DNA of 64,000 nucleotides, from the NCBI GenBank assembly GCA_951406725.2, contig OX597820.1, positions 46,996,001 through 47,060,000 of the forward strand, in the 5' to 3' direction. Below the pieces are notes generated by a model. That model searched no databases. It was not told the DNA's origin and was given only the letters and a program-made list of their open reading frames with translations. Position numbers and translations under genes: made by a program. The DNA is from Octopus vulgaris (Eukaryota). Position 1 is the first letter of the stretch, and every line of letters starts with the position of its first letter. Positions 42,114-56,575 of this stretch are shown piece after piece.

Positions 42114-42671
42114 ATGTGGCAAAGAAATAAATGAAATACTTACTCATACCCATGGGTATGAGTAAGTATTGTGTGTATGTGCATGCATGTGCGCACGCAC
42201 ACTGTACTATGAACCAAGTCAGGAGAAACACTTGCAAAACCATCTTCAAATCACACCCTAACGAAATAATCATAGATATACATCATAGAATGGGATAGTC
42301 ATGGCTGGAATGCCTTTGATCACAGATCTACACGACTACTGCTGCCCTAGTGCAAACAAGCAAGTATTGTAAGTACAGGCACCCGTACCCGTATATTTTT
42401 ATACAAAGTACCACTAGTTCATGTGCATATGGTCATGTATACATGTATATGAACACATATGCGTATGTATGTATGTATGTTTGTATGTATGTATGTATGT
42501 ATGTATGTATGTATGTATGTATGTGTGTGTGTGTATGTATGTATGTACGTATGTATGTACGTATGTATGTATGTATGTATGTATGTATGTATGTATGTAT
42601 GTATGTATGTATGTATGTATGTATGTATGTGTGTTTGCATGTATATATGTATGTATGCTTGTACAGGTGTA

Positions 42672-42704
<33 letters not shown>

Positions 42705-42709
42705 GTATA

Positions 42710-43105
42710 TCTTCTTTTATTCTTTTACTTGTTTCAGTCATTTGACTGCAGCCATGCTGGAGCACCGTCTTTAGTCGAGCAGATCGACCCCAGGACTAGT
42801 GCTTGTTCTATCGGTCTCTTTTGCTGAACCGCTAGTATACGGTGACGTAGACGCACCAGCATGGGTTGTCAAGTGATGTTGGGTGGGGACAAACACACGC
42901 ACGCACACACACACACGCGCACACACACTCACACACATATATAAACAACGGGCTTCTTTCAGTTTTGGTCTACCAAAGCCAATCACAAGTCTTTTGGTCA
43001 GTCCGAGGCTATAGTAGAAGACACTTGCCCAAGGTACCACGCAGTGAGACTGAACCCGGAACCATGTCGTTGTTAAGCAAGCTACTCACCACACACCCAC
43101 TTTTG
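42710..43105 (-). mobile_element. SINE family A
   Basis: ttttacttgtttcagtcatttgactgcagccatgctggagcacc...ctgaacccggaacc. Confidence 0.85.
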
Positions 43106-43107
43106 CG

Positions 43108-43179
<72 letters not shown>

Positions 43180-43224
43180 CACATACATACATACATACAT
43201 ACATATATACACACACACACACAC

Positions 43225-43282
<58 letters not shown>

Positions 43283-43283
<1 letters not shown>

Positions 43284-43450
43284 GATTGACTGCTAAATCC
43301 ACAAGTTTTTTTTATTCTCTCTCTGTTTATTTCCTCGTGTTCCTTTCTGTTGAAGAGCGTAGGCTCGAAACGTAAAAGCCTTTCTCACCTTCCCGAGCGT
43401 CAAACTTATACATCTGTCTTCGTCTTTTATCTTTCTGTAAATTTCAACTA
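43283..43450 (+). mobile_element. Hammerhead F1 unit
   Basis: CTTT-CTGTTGA-A-GAGC gtag GCTC-GAAA-CG-TA-AAAG at 43343-43378; TA tracts on both sides. Confidence 0.75.
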
Positions 43451-43464
43451 TACATATATATATA

Positions 43465-43650
43465 TATGATAACCGTTGTTGGTTTGTTTACGTCCCACTA
43501 ACATAGCGGTTCGTTTAAAAACGAAAGATAAAACTAGTACAAAACGGTAAAAAAAGTTAAACAGTGGAGGAGAGGGTGGTACGAGTAAAACTCATCAAGG
43601 CGGTGCCCCAGTGTGACCGAAGTCTAATGACTGAAACAAGTAAAAGAGAA
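43465..43650 (+). mobile_element. SINE family A, 3' part, diverged
   Basis: tgtttacgtccc..agcggttcg..atgactgaaacaagtaaaagag. Confidence 0.7.
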
Positions 43651-44011
43651 TATATATGTATATATGGATGCATAAATTCATACATCTTTACATACACCTA
43701 CACTGACGTGCATACGCTTATAGAACCTCATCTACACCCACATATACAGACACGAATATTTACATATATGTTCAAAGGATATGCACAAATACGTAAACAT
43801 ATCTCCCTGCCTATATAAGTATGTATTTATGCATGTATATATGTCATTATTCAGTTCCTTGCCAATAGAGAAAGAGCCGGTTTCTAACCTAGATTCAAGG
43901 CTCCTTCATTGGAATTTCAACATCAACAACAGGGCACCTATGTATGTATGTATGTATGTATGTATGTATGTATGTATGTATGTATGTATGACTATATGTA
44001 TTTATGTATGC

Positions 44012-44068
<57 letters not shown>

Positions 44069-44106
44069 GCAATGCATATATGTAATTATAGTAATGATAT
44101 ACGTGT

Positions 44107-44137
<31 letters not shown>

Positions 44138-44141
44138 CACA

Positions 44142-44196
<55 letters not shown>

Positions 44197-44319
44197 GCAT
44201 CCCGAAAATTTTTCTGTTACGTGGAATTCCGTAACGTAAACTCCACTGGCTTCTTTATTACATGGAAGTCAATAAAAAAAAAGCAATTCGCTTTACAGGT
44301 ACGAAATATCTGTTGGTGT

Positions 44320-44492
44320 CTCATAAATTAAGATCATAAAAAGAGGCATCAAGAAAAATTAAGATAAATGGTTTGATAAGTCACAAATTAAGATAAGTAA
44401 CTAGGTGCATCACGAATTAAGAATATTCGGTGTCACAAATTAAGATAAATGATTTGATATATCACAAATCAAGATAAATGATTTGTTGTGTC
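44320..44492. repeat. Degenerate minisatellite, unit about 30 bp
   Basis: About 6 copies of tcacaaattaagataaatgatttg-like units. Confidence 0.75.
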
Positions 44493-44744
44493 CAATTGGG
44501 TTACTGAATTTAGAATGCATGACATATCTTATATATTATATTTATATTGGGATGAGATGGAAAGGAATTCCTGAGTATAAGCTCTTAGAATGTATGAGAC
44601 TAAGTTATGCCATAGTTTTAGGATATGCTAAGTTTTAGTACAACATGTGGCATAGAGTATTCATTGTATTACAATTGTATTACATCTGAATTTGGGTGAC
44701 TGTATGCAAAACAGGTTATGTATATTATATATATATAAAAAGTG

Positions 44745-44925
44745 GTCTCAAATTTTGACACAAGCCCAACAATCTGGAAGGAGGTAAAAAGTCGATGACT
44801 GGTACTTATTTTAACGAGCCCGATAGGATGAAAAGCACAGTCTAATACGGCGGAATTTGAACTCAGAAAGGTTACGAAATACCGCCAAGCATTTTGTTCG
44901 GAGTGCTAAAAATTATGCCTGCTAA
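44745..44925 (-). mobile_element. SINE family B, diverged
   Basis: actggtacttatttt...ggcggaatttgaactcagaa. Confidence 0.7.
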
Positions 44926-44935
44926 AGATTCTGAC

Positions 44936-45065
<130 letters not shown>

Positions 45066-45066
45066 G

Positions 45067-45139
<73 letters not shown>

Positions 45140-45140
<1 letters not shown>

Positions 45141-45305
45141 AGGGTTTGACACCCATCGCTTGACAACTAGTGTTGGTTTGTTTACATCCCCGTAACTTAG
45201 CGGTTCGGCAAAAGAAGACCGAAATCTCATGGCTTATCGATTTGTTCGACTAAAAACCCTTCAAGGAGATGCTGTAGCATGACTGCAGTATAGTGTCTTA
45301 AACAA
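45140..45305 (+). mobile_element. SINE family A, 3' part
   Basis: catcgcttgacaac...ccccgtaacttagcggttcggcaaaag. Confidence 0.75.
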
Positions 45306-45589
45306 TTAAAAGGTAATATATGTATATGTATATATATATATATATGTATGTATATATAGAGAGAGAGATAGATAGATAGATAGATAAATAAATAGATAAA
45401 TAGTTAGATACACATATATGCATACATATACATACATACATACGTACATACATACATATATATTAATATATATAAACACACACACGCACACACACATATA
45501 TAAGAAATGATTAAGATTCATCTGAATTAGGTACTTAAGTTGAGGCACCAAGTCAGTCCGGTATGGTCCGCACAGCTCAAAGTTGGGTG

Positions 45590-45925
45590 AATAAAAAGCG
45601 AATAAGAAAAAGGGATCTCTAGGTATCAGTACATTGCGGCCGTTTCAAGCGGCCCCATTTAATCGATCAATGGAAAAATTACATCAATTTGAAATAAACC
45701 ACTCTCCTCGGACGCATACGACCATATAAATTTTGGTCTCTAGTACTGATGAAAAGTTTGCTAAAAAATTATAATGGTGTATCTTGTATCTTGTATGTTG
45801 GAAGTCTATATGTTCGTATGCGTCCGAGGAGAGCGGTTTATTTCATTGGTCGATTAAATGGAGCTGCTTGAAACGGCCGTAATGCACTGATGCCCGGACA
45901 TCCTTGGTATTTATTTGCTTTATAT
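45590..45925. mobile_element. Inverted-repeat unit with a hammerhead in each arm (F6)
   Basis: Arms about 45625-45728 and 45807-45891; GCGT-CCGAGGA-GAGCGGTT..AGCTGCTT-GAAA-CGGCCG-TA-ATGC at 45820-45885. Confidence 0.7.
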
Positions 45926-46029
45926 GTATATATAGAGATTATTATTTTTTAGGGATATTGTACCCTTTCCCGAAAATTTTCCGAAAAGAAAGCTTAGTAG
46001 AAGTGTAAATACAGTGCTAACACTAATTA

Positions 46030-46245
46030 GTAGTTTCAAAATTTGACACAAAATTCATCAATTTTGGTGGAGAGGGTAAGTTGATTACACTGACCCCAGT
46101 GCTCAACTGGTGCTTATTTTATCGACCAATGAAAAATGAAAGGCAAAGTCGACCTCAGCGGAATTCGAACTCGAAACGGAAAGAAGGATGGAATGTCGCA
46201 TAAGCATTTTTGCTTCGTTTGCTTAGGATTCTGCCAGATTGCCGC
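46030..46245 (-). mobile_element. SINE family B
   Basis: gaccccagtgctcaactggtgcttattttatcgacc...aggcaaagtcgacctcagcggaattcgaactc. Confidence 0.8.
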
Positions 46246-46618
46246 ATTAGGTGCTGATACTAATTATTGTATACTTGTTTCCTTCATTATTTTATCACAG
46301 CTTTAATCTCTCTCACTCTCTTTCTCCCCCCTCTCTCTCTCTCTCTCTCTCTCTTTTAAGCTAAATCAAAAGTAGCCCATCCCCTATGTGGTCATTTTGT
46401 ATGCTAGAAATAGCAAGGATCATGTGGGTTCCAAAAGTAATTTTTTTTCTTCTATATAATTGTAATCTACATAAAAAAACGTTGGAAACAAATCGAGATG
46501 CGTGAAATATACGCCGCCTCCCCCAATTACTTTCTTTTTTTTTTCATATTAAATTTCTATATAATCGTAATCTAAATTATCTGAAAGGTGTTTGTAGAAA
46601 ATTTCATCTAAAAAATGC

Positions 46619-46808
<190 letters not shown>

Positions 46809-47955
46809 TGAGAGGTTAAGCGCATTTTCGAATTAATTCGATTTCTTTTAGTGAAAGATTTGGAGAAACAAAATCCAGGTGTCTGAATTATCCGAAATTC
46901 CTCTCTAAAACGAAAATGTTTCGCAACAAATTCTGACATAATCGTACCGTCTGAAAGTTATATGTAGAAAATTTCATTAAAAATATCCATTTATCAGAAG
47001 GTTATGAGGAAACAAAGTCGGTGGAGGCACACTTTTGTTGTCATGCCAAATTTATTTACTGAGCAAATGAATACTATTAGACCATTAAAAGAGACAAAAA
47101 AAATTATAGTGTTTTTTTTTAACACAGCTCTTTATCCTGGACAAAAACCGTTGTATCTTGTATGTCAGCAGTGTATATACGTGAAGTATGATACACAGAT
47201 AGCGATTTTAAGTTTGATATTCCTTCAATTGAGTACACCGGAATTTTATACAACCTGGCGGCTGTATTATTCACTCTTTCCTATATATGGGAAGCAGCAA
47301 ATTTTGTCTAAGCATGAGTCTGCTGGTACACGTCGTTGACAAGTCCTAATAAAGCTGAAATTTATCTGGCATTCTCACTCGCAGGTGTCGGGGCGATTTT
47401 TCGCCTACTTCCGGTAAATGGTGCTTTTTCACTTTCCCGTAGTACGAAGATATTTTATCTCAGACGAAAACCGCAATATCTTGTCTGTCAACGGTGTGCA
47501 GACGTTATATAATATTACATAGATGGCTAATTAAAAATTTGTTTTAAAATATAAGTATTAATTAAAATGGTCAGTTAAAGAAAGAAAAAAAGAAAATGTA
47601 TAATAAAACACCCCACCAAAAACAAAAAAAAAACTAAAAAAGCAAACGTCATTAGATTTCAAAAATGTTTTCCCAAGTCTCTGTTATTCCGCTTCTTCAG
47701 TTTGTGTTTATATTCTGTCATCTTTGATCATTTGAAGCAGCTGAAATCTTTTACAAGCAGCGTCTTCTTAATAAACTTACTTTTACAAAAATGATGTTTA
47801 TTTTTACACCCACACCAGGTGTAACTACATAATTGAGTCTCTTCCTGCTTGAAATCGTAGAAATAGCAGCAGCCAAACTTCTTTCGAATGGCACACTATA
47901 GTCTTAAAGTCTAAAAAAAAGGAGAGATACATTAGACACTGTGTAATTATACATG

Positions 47956-47988
<33 letters not shown>

Positions 47989-48010
47989 TGTATGTATGTA
48001 TGTATGTATT

Positions 48011-48044
<34 letters not shown>

Positions 48045-48061
48045 AATACAAACATACACAC

Positions 48062-48113
<52 letters not shown>

Positions 48114-48139
48114 GTCACTTCAGCAATGTAACTATACGT

Positions 48140-48310
48140 GTGCCATTAGCAACTTCTTCTCCATCTTTGAGCTTTTCCTTGTCTCCTTTCCGAAGAAGAA
48201 CTATGCTCGAAACGTCAAACTCTCTCCTTTCACCGAGCGCCTAGCTAATACGTTTCTTGTGCACGTCCTCACGTTGTTTTTTTTTAGTTTTGTTTTTTTC
48301 TATTTGAATT
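48140..48310 (+). mobile_element. Hammerhead F2-like unit, degenerate
   Basis: TTT-CCGAAGA-A-GAAC tat GCTC-GAAA-CG-TC-AAAC at 48187-48220. Confidence 0.55.
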
Positions 48311-48341
48311 GCTTGTTTATTTGAATTGACTATATATGTGT

Positions 48342-48400
<59 letters not shown>

Positions 48401-48652
48401 TGTGTGTGTGTATGTGTGTTTGTGCGTGTGTGTGTTCGTTATTAGCAACGGAAGCAGTGTTCGTTCAGAATAGCATTCTGTATATCTCAATGTGGATGTA
48501 CTGTAGAAAGCCGCAATACTGCGGGGGTATTCTTCAAGATAAGACGTAAAACTCACAAAAGTGTTTCAGTAGCAGATGACAAGCACACCAGTGATGGTGG
48601 AATTGCTAAATCCGGATTTCTGCATCTTTACGCGTTATCGATAGTAGGTGCA

Positions 48653-48718
<66 letters not shown>

Positions 48719-48734
48719 CATACACACATACACA

Positions 48735-48929
48735 CGAGGATGTGCTGTAAAGTTCCTGGCTTTAGATAAAAGAAAATACAGGAGGATCAGTTAATTATGA
48801 TTTTATTCAGTATATTACCCTCTGAGATTCACACACTTATTGCAGCGATCCTTCAGTTTTTCTAAGAACTGTAAAAGAACTCGGAAGTTCGCAAAACCCT
48901 TGTAGCCAGGAACTTTTCAGCACTCCGTC

Positions 48930-48930
<1 letters not shown>
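48735..48930. mobile_element. mariner-type MITE
   Basis: TIRs cgaggatgtgctgtaaagttcctggct / agccaggaacttttcagcactccgtcg. Confidence 0.75.
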
Positions 48931-48989
<59 letters not shown>

Positions 48990-49357
48990 TCGTGTGTGTG
49001 TGCTCGTGTGTGTATGTTTGTATGTGTGTGTATGTGTGTGTGTATCCCTAAAATGACGGGATGGTCATGACTGAAATGTCTTAGATCATATGCCTGTGAA
49101 ATGGTAGAATCGTTCGCAGTATTTGTTTCATTCAATCTACTAGAAACAGCAGCTATATTTGCTCTTAAATCATACATTACCATTTTAAATAAAAATGTGC
49201 GCAGGTTACTATAGTCCTAGAGATATTTCTAAAAGGACGGGATGATCACAATGTCTGATCTGGGTTTATCTGGAAATAGACAACAACACTTGAAGAAGAT
49301 GTGGTTCTAGAAAATGGATTGGGATTAGAATTAACAGACGTCATTAACGATAGTTAA

Positions 49358-49550
49358 AACGGCGAGGAGTCAGAATCGTAAGCATGCTGGATAAAATACT
49401 TAGCGGCATTTCGTCTGTTTTTACGTTCTAAGTTTTAATTTCGTGTTGGTCGATATTAACTATCGTCCTTTCGGGGTCGATAAAATAAGTATCAGTTGAG
49501 CACAGGGGTTCCTTCCTCAAATATCAGGCTTTGTGTCTATAGTAGAAAGG
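49358..49550 (+). mobile_element. SINE family B, diverged
   Basis: cagaatcgtaagc...tcctttcggggtcgataaaataagta. Confidence 0.7.
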
Positions 49551-49579
49551 CTGTATATGAATGTGTGTACATATTATAA

Positions 49580-49945
49580 TCAGTTACTTGTTTCTTTCAT
49601 TTGACTGCGGCTATGCTTCAGCACTACCTTCAAGGGTTTAGTCGATCAAATCGCCTTCTGTATATATTTACACATTTCATGACTGCTTCTTATTGCATTG
49701 ATGTCTTTTTGCCGAACCACTAACTTGCAAGGTCATCAACAAACCAACACTGGTTGTCAAGCGGTGAGATGCAAACACACGCACAAAAACTAGTGTGCGG
49801 GCATGCATACAGACCTTCATGCACGCACACATGTGCGTGCGCGATGGGTTTCCATACCGTTTCCGTTTACCAAAACCGTAGTAGCAGAAAGAGAGTGAGC
49901 CCGAAACTGCATGGTTGCGAAGCGAACATCTTAACTACACAGTTA
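49580..49945 (-). mobile_element. SINE family A, diverged
   Basis: catttgactgcggctatgc...gccgaacc...gtttccgtttaccaaa. Confidence 0.7.
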
Positions 49946-50123
49946 TAAGAATTTGTTTAAACAGTATTGAATTGTCGAATGTTTTCCATCAACATTGCAT
50001 GTAATATAATGCTGTCAGGTCTGCTGTTTATATATCGTGTCTGATATTATTTCCAGAATCTATCGATGTCTTAATCAAGCATTTGATCAATGATTTAATC
50101 TATCAATCAATATATTCCTTAAA

Positions 50124-50219
<96 letters not shown>

Positions 50220-50326
50220 GTATGTATGTATGTATGTATGTATGCATGTATGTATGTATGTATGTATGTATGCATGTATGTATGTATGTATGTATGTATG
50301 TATGTATGTATGTATGTATGTATTTA

Positions 50327-51198
50327 CACGGTGCGGTGAATAAATTGTCTTCTACATTTTGCAAAAATGAAAATAACACTGACATCTCATTTTAACAGAT
50401 ATATTTACCAAAATTACATAAAAATATCTTGAAATACTAAAGAGTAAATTTATTCAATAAAATCACCATTGGCTTCAACCACGGTCTCCAGACTACATCG
50501 GAATCTCCTGCAACTCTTCTGGACGGTCTCCTTATTTAAGTTTGTTTTATGCTGCCATAATCCTTGCCTTCAGTTCATCTTTGGTGTTACATGGAGTTCT
50601 GTTGGTCTCTCGCTCAACTGCGCCCCACAGATAATAATCAAGGGGGTTGCAGTCTGGGGAGTTAGGTGGCCAGATGTTAAGGGTGATGTGGTTGCAGAAA
50701 TTGTTTCACGGCCATGAAAGGGTTCTCCTGCTTATGTGGCAAGGTGCAGAGTCCTGTTGCCAGACAGGGTCTTCCAGCAGCCACCCTTTTGATCCAGGAC
50801 AGCACTACCTCCTCCAGGCACTTGATGTAGGCCTACATGTTGAGTCTGAGGCAGTGTGGGAAGATGAATGGAGGCATAACATCACTAGTGATCACTCCAA
50901 ACTCCTTCGTAATAACCATCAGACTCATCCAACTCTTTCCGAATCCTCTGCGCTGTCCTCAGATTGACACCCAAACGCTCTGAAATGTTCGTATTGGAGC
51001 TTTCGGCGCGAATGCCAAGCGGTGCAGAATGTCGTTCCCAAATTTCTGTCAGAGTGAATTGCGTCATGGTGCTGTTTTTCCCACAGACCGTGCCCAACTG
51101 ACCCTACTATAGAGTGTGGTCAACAAAAATAAAAAACAAACAACGCACATGCAAGAAATTGAAATATAAACTGGCGACAATTTACTCATCGCACTCTG
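50327..51198 (-). mobile_element. Internally deleted maT (DD37D) Tc1/mariner transposon
   Basis: TIRs cacggtgcggtgaataaattgtc / gacaatttactcatcgcactctg flanked by TA; minus strand WQQD-37 residues (one a stop)-DYY containing WPPNSPDCNPL; N-terminal HTH ISERLGVNLRTAQRIRK. Confidence 0.9.
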
Positions 51199-51372
51199 TA
51201 TATATACATAGATATATTGTCAAAGGCGTGAAATTATGATGATTTTTGGACGATAACTGATGAGGAACGAGCATGTCCACATCTTGTGTTTGTTTTCCAT
51301 ATGTTTCTTTGTCGCCCTTCCGTGCAATCTTTAAATCTCTCTCTCCCTCTGCCTCCCTCTCTCTATTTACCT

Positions 51373-51455
<83 letters not shown>

Positions 51456-52788
51456 TGTGTGTATGTAGATAGATGGGAACAGATATGTGCGTGTGTGTAT
51501 GTGTGTGGATAGACAGATATTGATATGTGTGCATGTATGAGTGTGTATGTGTGTGTTTGTTCGTGTGTTTGTGTTGTGTGTATGTGTTTACGTGCGCACG
51601 CGCGTGTTTAGTTTGTTTGTCACCCAATGAACCAACTCAGCTTACACTGTATTTACAAATAACACCTCATCTGTTGCTAACCACACAGCTTCACCTGACA
51701 ACTAAACTTGTTTAACATGTAATTGGATCATATCTCGCTGTTTCTCTCTCTATTTATTTCTCGCTCTCTCTTTCTCCCCTCTCTCTTTCCCTTCTCTCTT
51801 TCAGTACACACACACACACACACACGCACATACACACAATCACAAACACATGCACACATGTATTTCTGTGTGTGCCTCTACATGTTTGTGTATGTTTATT
51901 GTTTAGTCCCAAATCCACTTCGATTGAGCGGACTTATTTTCGAAGGCGTTCCATCCGTGACCATTCCATTTTTTTTTCAGACTGTATCTAGAACTGGATA
52001 ATTCGACACGTTGTCTTTGTTTACAACAGTAAGTTCTGTCCGAAGAGAAATTTGGCTGCCATTTCTGGGAGGCCCACCGACTACATAGAGGCACCCTGCT
52101 AGTATTGTTGTTGGAGTTTTGACTTTGAGGTGTAACTGCGTTTACGTATTGTTTTCTTTTTTTGTACCACGTCAGTTTTAATCAAACAGACCTATGGTCA
52201 AAGATTCATCCGTGACCATCACTTCATAATTTTTCTTCCAGATATTTTATTTCTGGTGTACGCTATCCAATATGTCAATTTTATTTCAAAGATGGATGCG
52301 TGAAATTTGAGGATGATTTGGCTGTTATTTTTTTACAAGTGATCGACTACATTGAGGATACTGCAGTCCCAATCAACGCAACTATAATAAAAGACATCCC
52401 AAATGTGACCATCAAAATTAATTCTTTTAGATATATTGCTCCTCAAAATACATAAACCAATGTGTTACCCATTTATAAAGATAGCAGTGTGTGATTTATT
52501 TCCAGTAGCTTGGGCGATTTCGTGGAGGAGTAGTTTCCAATTTATGTTTTACTTGTTGACACTCTGGACATCAAGTAAAACACTTTAATTGTACCCTACA
52601 TTTGGATGTTTAAAAATGTGTGTATACCAATGGGCAATGGTACCGACTGTAATGATTTTTCTCAGAGAAATATCTCAAATAGATCTGCGTGTTAGAAACA
52701 GAGATTTTTTCTGAACGCCGGCGGATCAGGAGACACGGTGTTTCTGTAGCTGCACCGGATGTAGTGACAGTGATAGTGGTGGTAGTGG

Positions 52789-52821
<33 letters not shown>

Positions 52822-53124
52822 GGAGGGCTAGGGATGGAGACGAAGGGGCTTTAAAAAAGCAGGATTTGGCATTATATGCGAGCCAAACAAACCAGACATG
52901 CACCAGCATATGTCTTAAATCGATTGTTTTATAATCGATTTAATTGATTATATATATCGCCACCACTACCCATCCGTGACCTTATGCAAATGTGAGCAAT
53001 CAGAATCAGAACACATTAGATCGATATTTGATTTGTTATGCATCAATATTATACAATATACTCTAAAATGTCCAGATTACTTTTTTATTTGGCATCTGAA
53101 TATACATACTTTTTATCATTGTAT

Positions 53125-53300
53125 CTAATGCTTCAGCCATTGGATAGAGGCCATGCTGGGGCACCATCTTGAATGGTTTGGTCAAATAAATCGAATCCCA
53201 GTACTTATCTTAAAGAATTTTGTTTGCTGAAGAGATAATATTATGAGGACGTAAACCAACTAACATCCCTTGCCCAGCTGTGTGGGATGTGAGACAAACA
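53125..53300 (-). mobile_element. SINE family A, 3' part, diverged
   Basis: ggccatgctggggcacc...ggacgtaaaccaac. Confidence 0.6.
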
Positions 53301-53352
53301 CAAACATAAAGGTCTCATACCCGCATGTATGTATGTATGTGTGTGTATGTGT

Positions 53353-53400
<48 letters not shown>

Positions 53401-53454
53401 GCGTGTGTGTGGATGGATGAATGGATGGATGGATGGGCGGACGTGCAAAGATAT

Positions 53455-53720
53455 AAAGGATAAAAACACCCTTCGGTCATGAATGACCATAGGATTGCAC
53501 CTAGAAAGTTACCCTCCGAGGCACAAATCTGGGCAAGGTTGTTTATGGAAGACCAGCAGTCGCCCATGCATAACAGTTTCCCCCTCTCTACGCCACCGAC
53601 GTTATCCAAGGGAAAGGTAAAGATCCAATACAGCTTGGCACCAGTGACATCGCAATTCATTTCTACAGCTGAGAGAATTGGAGCAACTTGAAATAAAGTG
53701 TCTTTCTCAAGAACACAACT
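53455..53720 (-). mobile_element. Further SINE-like repeat body
   Basis: Reverse complement gttgtgttcttgagaaagacactttatttc..tgctcc..ctcagctg resembles the conserved post-tRNA central segment of many animal SINEs. Confidence 0.5.
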
Positions 53721-53747
53721 GCATACATACATACATACATACATACA

Positions 53748-53818
<71 letters not shown>

Positions 53819-53975
53819 GTGCGCGTGTGTGAGTGTGTGTGTTAGATAAAATGAGACAACAAAGCCATTTCATTTAACTTATACATGTTCATACACGACC
53901 CGCATTAGATTCCTCACTATTATCGAACCGAGAGTCTAACTACGGTCCTTCCGTAGCACTTATTCGGTTGCCATA

Positions 53976-54034
53976 ATAAAACTCCGAGTTTCGGGTGACG
54001 GGGCAGAAACCTGCTCCGGCATCTCTTCAGTTAT
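53976..54034 (-). ncRNA. Type I hammerhead motif (F11)
   Basis: Reverse complement ATAA-CTGAAGA-(long imperfect stem II)-GAAA-CTCgGAG-TT-TTAT; adjacent 18-bp hairpin arms at 54029-54075. Confidence 0.6.
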
Positions 54035-54345
54035 CGAGGCAATCAAAATAGGATACGTTGATTGCCTCGATAACTAACGAAAAAATAGAGTACAGGACAA
54101 ACAATACAAGGAAAATTCCCCTTCTTCAGTCGCCTTTCTTTCATCTACTCTGCGTTTCGAGTACATACACACACTCACACACACACATACACACATATAA
54201 AGTATTCAATAGGATATGATATAGTGTATATATTTGTTTATTCAGATGACAGTAGTTACAAGTTCAGTTATGTTTTTTTTTTCGAATTACGAAATCTTTA
54301 AATGATTTCGATTTTCGAAATATACACGATTACCGTCATTTGAAT

Positions 54346-54388
<43 letters not shown>

Positions 54389-55149
54389 TGCATCTATGTA
54401 TGTCCGTGTGTATATAGGTATGTATGTAAGTACTATATATGTATAATATTGATACTTAATATACTGTGATGACGCTCTGTTGTTTAATCAACATGTGACA
54501 GCTCGCTTCTTTATTTGACAAACCTGAGAGTTGTATTACATATTACGTAATCTTATCGATGCTGTGCATACTGTATACCTGATTGTGCCATGTTTACGTC
54601 ACATTGATGAATCGTAACGAAACAGATGTAGCAGTACCAGTTCGTCTCTTTTTAATCATGTTTTTATGCCACGTTCAAGGTTTCATTAATCGCTGGTCAC
54701 ATTTGGACACAAGTGGGTAGAGTTGTGGATTACCAAACAACGGTGAACTTCTCTTCATCAATGTATTGAGTGCGATGACAATGGATTACTCAACTGTCAG
54801 ATTTGCGTCATTCTGGCTAGCCAATAATTGCAACATGCTTCACTTTGATATGCTTCGATTCTTTACGGATCCCTATCTAATCAGATATATAGATAAGGCA
54901 AGACATAACTAATGGTCATTGACTATTTCTCATTATTGTAATAAATTTCACTTACAGCAGTCATTAAAAGTTCGTTATTGGTTGTTTTACTCAATCGGCC
55001 CATTGATCAGCTGAGAAAGATTGTATGAAAATTAATGCTACTTTCGTCAGTGTCCTTTCTGCTTATTTTATAGTGTACGTATAATATATGTGAGTGTGTG
55101 CTAATGCATGTATGAATGCACACTGTACACACACACTTATATATTGTAC

Positions 55150-55204
<55 letters not shown>

Positions 55205-55208
<4 letters not shown>

Positions 55209-55396
55209 AGAGTTCACGAAAAAAACAAAAGACGAAGACAGGTGGTGTACAAAACAAACAGATGTATTAGTATAGCGCTCAGGAATAGAAAAAGGCTTTT
55301 ACGTTTCGAGCCTACGCTCTTCGACAGAAAGATACACAGAAAAAAACAAGGAGACAAACAAGGAGAGAAAAAAATGTGTGTAGTGGCAAACGATCT

Positions 55397-55400
<4 letters not shown>
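55205..55400 (-). mobile_element. Hammerhead F1 unit
   Basis: Reverse complement CTTT-CTGTCGA-A-GAGC gtag GCTC-GAAA-CG-TA-AAAG at 55296-55331; (TA)n on both sides. Confidence 0.8.
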
Positions 55401-55448
<48 letters not shown>

Positions 55449-55449
<1 letters not shown>

Positions 55450-55680
55450 TTTATTAAAAAGCAGCAAAAATATCACAAAAACTGTTACTCAGAGTTTCAC
55501 GTTCCAGTTCATCGGACAGTTTTGTTTAGAATCTAAAGCTGTCAGACGGACGGGAACGTGAAACTGAGTAACAGATTTTGTGATATTTTTGCTGCTTTTT
55601 AATAAAGCATATTACTCTACCTCTGGTATTCGAGTGCTATTTTTTCCACCTAGTTTCGCATTTATGTGCTTACTCTGGTA
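55449..55680. mobile_element. Inverted pLTR-like unit with opposed hammerheads (F4)
   Basis: Arms 55449-55519 and 55539-55607; minus arm CTGT-CCGATGA-ACTggaaCGT-GAAA-CTCtGAG-TA-ACAG; plus arm degenerate. Confidence 0.75.
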
Positions 55681-55681
55681 A

Positions 55682-55743
<62 letters not shown>

Positions 55744-55756
55744 CGTACACACACAC

Positions 55757-55815
<59 letters not shown>

Positions 55816-56259
55816 AAGAGGTGGGCGAGAAAAGATGATAAAAGTTTTCTCAGCTTCACCGTCTTCCTTATAATCTTTTGTTATGGACAACAATGAAAGT
55901 GCGTAAAGAGATCGTCGCTTTTCTCGCATCTCATTTAGATGATTGAAAACCATATCTATTTCTTAGTATAAAAGCTAGATGATTTCCAGCTTATTATAAA
56001 TATGCTAATTTAATGCATAAAATACAATGTGTAATTCAGTAAATGGCCAATGTGTGTAAGTGCAACTGCATGTGACTGTGCGCCTGCGTGTGTGTATCAA
56101 CCATGTTCTGAATATTATTCTTTATATTATACGTCTGTATATACACACGTATAGATGCACATGAATATATACAAATATGCCCACATATATGCATAAATAC
56201 ATAGATATGTACACATAACTGCATACATACATAACATAAATGTCCAAATATCTCTATAT

Positions 56260-56575
<316 letters not shown>

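Noticed and set aside
44320-44492. CRISPR-like repeats of about 30 bp
   Set aside because: Degenerate tandem units without unique spacers, no cas genes, eukaryotic context
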